NCBI GenBank assembly: GCA_036677065.1
Contig: JAKFBS010000008.1
Location: 1 to 64,000, forward strand
From: Bdellovibrio sp.
Lineage (GTDB): Bacteria; Bdellovibrionota; Bdellovibrionia; Bdellovibrionales; Bdellovibrionaceae
DNA: 64,000 bases
Reading direction: 5' to 3'
Shown: positions 57,249-64,000 of the stretch, in pieces
Numbering within the stretch: position 1 is the first letter of the stretch
Layout of the letters: each line of letters begins with the position of its first letter
Program-made: the position numbers and the translations under genes
The notes under the pieces: generated by a model
Told to the model about the DNA's origin: nothing
Databases searched by the model: none
Seen by the model: only the letters and a program-made list of their open reading frames with translations

Positions 57249-58007
57249 TTATATTCCTACGGCGTAACCTAAGAGATTTTTTTCTCTACTGGTAATGTTG
57301 GGGTGGAATTTTAAATTGTAAAGTTTAGGATTAATTTTTGATAAAATAGAGAAAAAATAAGTGCCTTCAAAAATTTTATCGTTATGCGATTGCAAGTAAT
57401 GCAGTTTATGTAAAAGCATTCCGAATTCAAAATGGCTGGCTTGTGAAACTGACAAAGCTTTGAGATCGGCTTTGTAAATTTCTTTAGATAACCCCAAAGC
57501 GTAAGCGATGGCGTTAAATAGCGGCGCCGATAATTTTTCTAAGGGAGCTAACGAAATATAAATTAACCCCAAAGTTTTTCGGGTTAATTTTGAATGCAGA
57601 AAACCATGGCTTAATAATAAATGGACGAATATTTTTTTCTCGTTCGCTGTAAGTTGTTCTAAAGTTTGGGCGTTTAAGAAAACAACTAATTGATTTGAAA
57701 ATTCGGGCCAGACCAGGGGCGGTGTTGGGCGGTCGGTCACAAACAGTCGAACTTCGCGAAAACCATAGGCCAGGGCGTGTTGTTTGAAAAGTCCAGTTAG
57801 TTTATGCGGATCGTTACCTAAGACTTCTTGAGCTTTGGTTCGTTCAATAAAGATTTGTAAGCCTCTGTGAAAGATTAGGTACAACAAAACTAAACATAAT
57901 AAAAATGCGACAAGCAGTCCGAGACGGCCACCAACTTGAAATCCGAGAATTAAAAAAATAAAACAACTGGCCGCACTGATAAGCCAGACTTGAGTCAGGG
58001 TCTTCAT
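57249..58007 (-). CDS. HtpX/M48-like membrane protein, apparently lacking HEXXH (probable start 58007)
   Basis: Two N-terminal TM segments, LTANEKK..HLLLSH in place of HExxH, YKAD, C-terminal HPNITSREKNL. Confidence 0.55.
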   Translation of the reverse strand: MKTLTQVWLISAASCFIFLILGFQVGGRLGLLVAFLLCLVLLYLIFHRGLQIFIERTKAQEVLGNDPHKLTGLFKQHALAYGFREVRLFVTDRPTPPLVWPEFSNQLVVFLNAQTLEQLTANEKKIFVHLLLSHGFLHSKLTRKTLGLIYISLAPLEKLSAPLFNAIAYALGLSKEIYKADLKALSVSQASHFEFGMLLHKLHYLQSHNDKIFEGTYFFSILSKINPKLYNLKFHPNITSREKNLLGYAVGI

Positions 58008-58082
58008 TCGATAATTTTTATGCGAGTTGAGGTTGAAATCAAGCCTATTTATGCCAAAATGTAAGCTCAACTTGGAGAGAGT

Positions 58083-59078
58083 ATGTCGAATATGGATGTT
58101 GCAGCACTGAATCAAGCCGTTAAAGAACAAAGTTTGTTCGTTATGCAGATGATGAACGAGATGAATAAAGTCGTCGTTGGTCAACGTGATATGATCGAAG
58201 GCATTGTGATCGGTTTATTAACCGGCGGTCATATTTTGTTAGAAGGTGTGCCGGGGTTAGCAAAAACCTTAACGATCTCAACCTTAGCGCAAACGATTTC
58301 ATTACATTTTCAGCGTATTCAATTTACGCCCGATCTTTTGCCGACTGATTTAATCGGTACCATGATGTTTAACCCAAAATCAGGCGAATTCACCGCGAAA
58401 AAAGGGCCGATCTTTGCCAATATCGTTTTAGCCGACGAAATCAATCGTGCGCCGGCGAAAGTGCAATCTGCACTTTTAGAAGCGATGGCCGAAAAACAAG
58501 TGACCATTGGTGATGTGTCTTACAAGTTAGATCAGCCGTTCTTAGTTATGGCGACACAAAATCCATTAGAGCAAGAAGGCACTTATCCATTGCCAGAAGC
58601 GCAAATGGATCGCTTCATGTTTAAGATTAATGTAACTTACCCAACCAAAGCTGAAGAATTAGAAATCGTAAACCGCATGGGAGTCAACGACCGCCCGGTG
58701 ATTCAAACTGTACTTTCAAAAGAGCAGTTAATCGCGACAATTAAAACAGTAGATCAAATTTACGTAGATCAAAAAGTGCGTAATTACATCGTTGATATCA
58801 TTATGGCGACACGTGAACCAAAACTTTACGGTTTAGGCCGATTAGAAAAGATCATCGCCGTCGGTGGTTCACCACGTGCTTCGTTATCGTTGATTCGCGC
58901 AGCCAAAGCGCACGCGTTCTTACGCGGCCGTGGATTTGTCACGGTCGAAGATATTAAATCAATTGTTTATAAAGTTTTACGTCACCGTTTAATTTTAACT
59001 TATGAAGCCGAAGCTGAAAATTTAAAACAAGACGATGTGATTAAAGAAGTTTTAGCTGCTGTCGAAGTATCTGCTTAA
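58083..59078 (+). CDS. moxR: MoxR-family AAA+ ATPase
   Basis: EGVPGLAKT, RIQFTPDLLPTD, DEINRAPAKVQSALLEAM, EGTYPLPEAQMDRF. Confidence 0.95.
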   Translation: MSNMDVAALNQAVKEQSLFVMQMMNEMNKVVVGQRDMIEGIVIGLLTGGHILLEGVPGLAKTLTISTLAQTISLHFQRIQFTPDLLPTDLIGTMMFNPKSGEFTAKKGPIFANIVLADEINRAPAKVQSALLEAMAEKQVTIGDVSYKLDQPFLVMATQNPLEQEGTYPLPEAQMDRFMFKINVTYPTKAEELEIVNRMGVNDRPVIQTVLSKEQLIATIKTVDQIYVDQKVRNYIVDIIMATREPKLYGLGRLEKIIAVGGSPRASLSLIRAAKAHAFLRGRGFVTVEDIKSIVYKVLRHRLILTYEAEAENLKQDDVIKEVLAAVEVSA

Positions 59079-59090
59079 TCTAGGACTCTA

Positions 59091-59978
59091 ATGGCTGAAC
59101 AACAACAGGTGCCCGCAGAAATATTAAAAAAGATCAAGCGCATTGAAATTGATACGCGCAAGATGGTGAATAATATTTTTGCCGGCGAATACCACACTAA
59201 ATTCAAAGGCCAAGGCATGACGTTTTCGGATTTTCGCGAATACGTGGCCGGCGATGACGTGCGAAATATTTCGTGGACGTTAATGGCGCGTGCGGGTAAA
59301 CCGTACGTCAAAACTTTTGAAGAAGAGCGCGAATTAACCATGATGATCGTGGTCGATGTGTCGGGTTCTCAGGATTTCGGCTCGCGCGATAATTTTAAAG
59401 GCGAAACTCTAGCTTATGTGGCGGCGACCTTAGCGTTTTCGGCGATTCGCAATAATGACCACGTGGGTTTATGCCTGTTTTCGGATGAAGTTGAACTTTA
59501 CGTTCCGCCGAAAAAAGGTAAACAGCATGTTTACCGCATTTTGCGTGAAATATTATTTTTCAAACCCAAATCAACAAAAACTAAAATCAGTTCGGCCTTA
59601 GACTTCTTGCGCGGAGTTTTAAAAAAACGCGCAACGATTTTTGTGTTAAGTGATTTTCAGGATCAGGGTTATGAAAATTCATTAACTTACTTAGAAAAAA
59701 AACACGAAGTCATCGCAGGGCTTGTAACTGATCCTGCAGAATTTATGTTTCCGGATGTGGGCTTAATTGATTTACATGATGCCGAATCGGGTGAATCCAT
59801 TTTAATCGACACCTCAAACCCTGCGTTTCGTGAAGAGATGCAAAGTAAATTTAAAAATGACTTTGAAAAATTTCAAAAAAATCTAAAACGTTCGGGCATT
59901 GATAGTTTTACTTTTGAAGCCGACGAAAACTTTCACAAATCATTATTAGCCTTTTTCAAAAGAAGGAAGTCTCGGTAA
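59091..59978 (+). CDS. DUF58 (VWA-like) MoxR-associated protein
   Basis: GMTFSDFREYVAGDDVRNISW, DVSGS, SDF. Confidence 0.92.
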   Translation: MAEQQQVPAEILKKIKRIEIDTRKMVNNIFAGEYHTKFKGQGMTFSDFREYVAGDDVRNISWTLMARAGKPYVKTFEEERELTMMIVVDVSGSQDFGSRDNFKGETLAYVAATLAFSAIRNNDHVGLCLFSDEVELYVPPKKGKQHVYRILREILFFKPKSTKTKISSALDFLRGVLKKRATIFVLSDFQDQGYENSLTYLEKKHEVIAGLVTDPAEFMFPDVGLIDLHDAESGESILIDTSNPAFREEMQSKFKNDFEKFQKNLKRSGIDSFTFEADENFHKSLLAFFKRRKSR

Positions 59979-60835
59979 TGGCTGATGTGAAGTGCACGGT
60001 TAACATTCCTGAGGTTTCAGATTTAAAGTCGCAAGAGCTGACGGTTGGTCGTCATTTTTTCTTATCGTGTGAAGGCACGTGGGATAAATCATTTGATTTT
60101 ACCAAAGCGCAGTTTTTAACAGACGAACAAACTAAATTTGTTTTTAAATTATTTAAAGCCGAAGCCCGAAGCACCGAAAGTTTTGAAGTCGATATGACTT
60201 TATATGCTGCTGGTCGTGTGCAGTTTCCGAATATGATTATTTCGGATGGCAACTTACAGATTTCAATGGGGCAACAAACTTTTGAAGTGGTTTCAGTTTT
60301 ACCAAAACCTGACCCACAGGCAAAAGAGCCACCTAAACCCTTCGGTTTTGCGATCAGCAGTCTGCACTGGCCAATGGCTTATACCGTAATTTTTGCAGCA
60401 CTCATCTTAGCGGTAATTGTACAGGCGATTATGCTGGCCGCCCGGTCACAGCGCTGGAAACGTTTAGCTGAAGTGGTGCTGGCGTACGATTCAGTTCAGG
60501 CCGCTGATAACCAGTTTTATAAAACCATTCGTGAAATCGAGAAAAAAGATTATCCGATTGCTGAAATTGAAAAAGCAGCCAAAGTTTATATCTTACGCCG
60601 GTTCAGTGTGCCTATTTTTAATTTAGATTTAAAAGAAACCATCAGTTTTATTAAAAAGCGTCATCCGCAATTAAAAGAGCTGCGTCGCCAGGTTTATAAT
60701 ATCGTTAAAGACATCGAAATTTTATCAAAAGATGCAAACATAACCACCGAACAAAAAACTAAATTTATCAGACGTTTTTATGAATTCATTAACCGCTGCG
60801 AAGCCACGGCAAAAACCAGAGGTTTCGGCAAATGA
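59978..60835 (+). CDS. Single-TM hypothetical protein of the bat operon
   Basis: Lies between DUF58 and batA; one TM segment. Confidence 0.65.
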   Translation: MADVKCTVNIPEVSDLKSQELTVGRHFFLSCEGTWDKSFDFTKAQFLTDEQTKFVFKLFKAEARSTESFEVDMTLYAAGRVQFPNMIISDGNLQISMGQQTFEVVSVLPKPDPQAKEPPKPFGFAISSLHWPMAYTVIFAALILAVIVQAIMLAARSQRWKRLAEVVLAYDSVQAADNQFYKTIREIEKKDYPIAEIEKAAKVYILRRFSVPIFNLDLKETISFIKKRHPQLKELRRQVYNIVKDIEILSKDANITTEQKTKFIRRFYEFINRCEATAKTRGFGK

Positions 60836-61854
60836 CGATCTTTGGATTTATCTGGGCACAGCCCTGGGTCTTTTTACTGCTTTTATTATTACCGGTCATT
60901 TACTGGTTATATGCGCGTTCGCAAAAAAATAAAGCCACTTTTCAAATTAGCACCGTGCAATTATTTAAACCTTGGGCCGGCCGGGGTAAAGTGCAGCTGG
61001 TGCGTTTTAATACGCTGTTACTATTTATCAGTTTAGCGTTTATGATCGTGGCCTTAGCGCGCCCACAAACGCGCGATGAAAGAGTCAAACGCACATTAGA
61101 TGGTTTAGATATCGTGATCGTCTTAGATATTTCAGATTCGATGTTAATCGAAGATATGAAGCCGACAAATCGCCTAGAATCAGCCAAAGAAACAATCGCT
61201 AATTTTATTAAACAAAGATCTTCTGACCGTATTGGTATTGTGATCTTTGCCGGCGAAGCCTTTACCCTGGTGCCGCCAACTTTAGATTATCAGCTGATCG
61301 AACAGCGTATCGCCCAAATTAGAACCGCTCAGGCAGCGCGTATTAAAGATGGCACCGCGATCGGGGTGGCCACAGCTGCCGGTGCTGCCAGATTAAAAGA
61401 TTCACAGGCCAAAGAGCGCGTTATGATCTTTTTAACAGACGGTGAAAATAACTCGGGCATGATTGACCCTGAAACTGGGTTAGAGATCGCTAAAGGTTAC
61501 GGAATTAAAATTTATTCGATCGGTATTGGTAAATCGGGCCCGACAAAATTACCAATTTATTCAACAGATATGTTCGGTAATAAAGTTAAACGTTACCAGC
61601 CCTTTGAAAGCACCGTAAATGATGAGCTGTTAGGTTTAATGGCCTCAAGCACCGGCGGAAAATACTTCAGAGCCACACGTGAAGATTCATTAGCCGGCGT
61701 ATTTAATGAAATCAACAGCTTAGAGACTACTAAGATCGAAGATCAAAAATTTGTTCGCTATAATGAATTTTTCTATCAGTTCTTAATTTGGGGAATTATT
61801 TTATTTTTAATTAATCGCATTTTAAATTACTCATTTTTAAGACGGGGGCCCTAA
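60832..61854 (+). CDS. batA: BatA-like VWA protein
   Basis: ALARPQ, MIDAS DISDS, GTAIG, LTDGENNSG. Confidence 0.88.
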   Translation: MTIFGFIWAQPWVFLLLLLLPVIYWLYARSQKNKATFQISTVQLFKPWAGRGKVQLVRFNTLLLFISLAFMIVALARPQTRDERVKRTLDGLDIVIVLDISDSMLIEDMKPTNRLESAKETIANFIKQRSSDRIGIVIFAGEAFTLVPPTLDYQLIEQRIAQIRTAQAARIKDGTAIGVATAAGAARLKDSQAKERVMIFLTDGENNSGMIDPETGLEIAKGYGIKIYSIGIGKSGPTKLPIYSTDMFGNKVKRYQPFESTVNDELLGLMASSTGGKYFRATREDSLAGVFNEINSLETTKIEDQKFVRYNEFFYQFLIWGIILFLINRILNYSFLRRGP

Positions 61855-62915
61855 TGTCAGTCTTACGCTGGGGTAATGCATCGGCATTTAGTTTTTTAAT
61901 TCTTTTGGGCCTTTGGGTTTTAGTATATTTTTATTTCGAAAAAAATTCAGAAAAAAAATTAAACCAGGCTTTCGGTAAAAAAGTGGTGCCGTGGCTTCGC
62001 GCCAGTGTTTCTTTACCGAAACGCCGCTTACAATTATTTTTACAAGCCTTAGCCGGATTTTTTCTAATCACCGCGTTAGCTCGCCCGCAGATGGGGCAAT
62101 CTGAACAAGAAGTAAAATCTGAAGGTGTTGAACTCATGATCGTGGCTGACGTTTCAGATTCGATGTTAGCTGAAGATGTGCGCCCATCGCGTTTAGAACA
62201 AATGAAAATCGAATTAGCTAAACTGATGGATTTAATGCCGGGTAATAAAACAGGCTTAATCGCATTTGCCGGCAGTGCGGCGTTAATGTCGCCGTTAACT
62301 TCTGATCCGGGAGCGCTTAAATTATATATCTCGTCGTTAGATACGTACGCCGTATCGACGCAAGGAACCGCTTTTGAACCTGCACTGTCATTTGCTAAAG
62401 AGGCTTTTGAAAAAGGCGGGGTCACGCAATCTAATGATTTAAAAACCACACGCGTAATTATTGTAGCCTCAGATGGTGAAGACCAAGAAGAAGGTGCCCT
62501 TGAAGCCGCGAAAGCTTTGGCTAAAGACGGCGTTAAAATTATTTCTATCGCCTACGGCACTGAAAAGGGCGGCAGTATCCCGACGCGTGATCCGTTTGGT
62601 AATTTAACGGGCTCGAAAAAAAACAAACAGGGCGAAGTTATTATCACTCAGGTTAAAGGCGAATTTTTAAAATCTTTAGCCCAAGCCGGTGAAGGCAGTT
62701 TTTATTTCGCATCGGCCGAAGGCAGCCATTTAAAACAAATCGCCCAAGATATTAATCTTTATGAAAAAGCGCTGTTTGATTCGTCGATGGTTGTTCAATA
62801 CGACGAAAAATTTAGTTATCCGTTAGCTTTAGGTTTAGCGATTTTATTATTCAGTTTATTAATCAGTGACCGCAAAAAAGAACCCATCATGTGGAAAGGA
62901 CGTTATGAATTTTAA
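61854..62915 (+). CDS. batB: BatB-like VWA protein
   Basis: ALARPQMG, DVSDSMLAED, SDGED. Confidence 0.85.
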   Translation: MSVLRWGNASAFSFLILLGLWVLVYFYFEKNSEKKLNQAFGKKVVPWLRASVSLPKRRLQLFLQALAGFFLITALARPQMGQSEQEVKSEGVELMIVADVSDSMLAEDVRPSRLEQMKIELAKLMDLMPGNKTGLIAFAGSAALMSPLTSDPGALKLYISSLDTYAVSTQGTAFEPALSFAKEAFEKGGVTQSNDLKTTRVIIVASDGEDQEEGALEAAKALAKDGVKIISIAYGTEKGGSIPTRDPFGNLTGSKKNKQGEVIITQVKGEFLKSLAQAGEGSFYFASAEGSHLKQIAQDINLYEKALFDSSMVVQYDEKFSYPLALGLAILLFSLLISDRKKEPIMWKGRYEF

Positions 62916-63678
62916 GTCTTTTCTTTTAGGTTTGGTTGTTCTGGCTTCGGCGACGGCAGTCGCGCAAGTGTCGGCACCGGTTGCAGCAAGTAATAAATTA
63001 CCGTGGCCAAGTTTAAGTTCGCTTTATTATGATTATAAAGCCCGTAGTGCGCTTAAAGATAAAAACCCCGAGATAGCGCTAGAATATGAATTAAAAATTT
63101 TAGAACATGATCCGCTTTCGATTCAAACCCATTCTAACTTAGGAATTATCTTTGATTCGTTACAGAAAAAAGACGAATCAGGGCAGTCTTTTGATTTAGC
63201 GCTGAATTTATTAGAGCGTTACAAAGATCAATTGTACCCAGGTGATATCTTTCAAATTTATTACAATTTAGGTTTACGTTATCACCAGGCTAAAGAAACC
63301 GAAAAAGCTTTAGAGTTTTATCAGAAAGCTTTAGATGTTAACCCGGCCTCGATAGAGACTAAGCACAATATCGAATTGCTGATTCAGCAACAGCAAGGCG
63401 GCGGTGGTGATGGTAAGTCTGATAAAAAAGACCAAGATGGTAAGGGTGAAAATAAAGACCCAAATGATGGCGAAGATAAAGAAAAGAACAAAGACAAAGA
63501 ACAAGAAAAAGATCGCCAGCAGACCTCTAAATATAAACCTCGCCCGTTTAAAGGCGAGCAGTTAAGCGAAGCAGATGTTAAAAAAATCTTAGGCGAATTA
63601 TCACAGCAAGATAAAAAAATTCGCGCTAATTATAATAAAAAAGATCGCAAAGAGGATAAAAATGCAAAAAATTGGTAA
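62905..63678 (+). CDS. batC: BatC-like TPR protein (probable start 62905)
   Basis: Signal peptide, TPRs (YYNLG..A...YQKAL), K/D/Q-rich linker, terminal W. Confidence 0.8.
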   Translation: MNFKSFLLGLVVLASATAVAQVSAPVAASNKLPWPSLSSLYYDYKARSALKDKNPEIALEYELKILEHDPLSIQTHSNLGIIFDSLQKKDESGQSFDLALNLLERYKDQLYPGDIFQIYYNLGLRYHQAKETEKALEFYQKALDVNPASIETKHNIELLIQQQQGGGGDGKSDKKDQDGKGENKDPNDGEDKEKNKDKEQEKDRQQTSKYKPRPFKGEQLSEADVKKILGELSQQDKKIRANYNKKDRKEDKNAKNW

Positions 63679-64000
63679 GAAATCAGTTCTTATTTTGTTT
63701 TTTCAAGTCTTCGCGGTGATGGCCTTTGCCGCCGAGACCTTAAAAGTTGAAATTCAGCCTGAATCAGTCGGGCTTGGTGATACCGTTCAGATTAGTTTAA
63801 CCGTGCAATCATCTGATGATTTTGAAATGAATGACCCGCAGCTTTCAGATATTGCGGGCTTAAAGTTTTTACAAGGGCAAAATGCCGGGCAATCTTCGTC
63901 AACGCGCATGAATTTTGTAAATGGCAAAACTGATTTTAGTAAAACAGTGTCGCAGCAATATATATTTCAGTTCGAAGCCGTTAAGGCGGGGATTGTTACC
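63662..64000 (+). CDS. batD: BatD-like protein, 3'-truncated by the window end
   Basis: Frame open from ATG 63662 (MQKIGKKSVLILFF..AFA, SVGLGDTVQISLTV, S.RMNFVNGK); follows batC. Confidence 0.75.
   Translation, partial: MQKIGKKSVLILFFQVFAVMAFAAETLKVEIQPESVGLGDTVQISLTVQSSDDFEMNDPQLSDIAGLKFLQGQNAGQSSSTRMNFVNGKTDFSKTVSQQYIFQFEAVKAGIVT

Overview
AT-rich bacterial chromosome segment. Gene content (many secreted proteases and lipoproteins, spoVG, DUF1844, a moxR-bat operon, VF530 paralogs, a Cys-rich repeat lipoprotein) suggests a Bdellovibrionota-type predator; this is inference. Layout: (1) 1-38.9 kb is mostly core or lifestyle genes: a 997-aa lipoprotein with 14+1 Cys-rich 56-aa repeats, a stress-type cluster (ElaB-like, DUF1328, CsbD, OmpA, NtrC-family activator, receiver, Hpt) with several sigma54 -24/-12 motifs, a TPP-riboswitch ECF transporter divergent from thiamine pyrophosphokinase, regulators, proteases and toxin-antitoxin-type genes. 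(2) About 38.9-54.6 kb is an accessory region ending at the 3' end of tRNA-Gln(TTG). It holds two secreted M91-like zincin paralogs, a secreted kinase-like protein, a TM-HNH-HRDC fusion and a defence-island-like block: SIR2-like protein, a 601-aa non-retron reverse transcriptase with a WMDD motif, a DUF2971/ART-like ORF, a three-gene MTase/MTase/GIY-YIG-helicase module, an ART-like protein and a GIY-YIG/DUF4357 nuclease. (3) 54.6-64 kb has tRNA-Gln, spoVG, htrA, DUF1844, a degenerate HtpX-like gene and moxR-DUF58-batABCD. The best candidate for an undescribed system is the divergent SIR2 / RT + DUF2971-like locus (42.9-47.0 kb), whose intergenic region carries overlapping inverted repeats. All family calls come from motifs recognised by eye; no searches were run.
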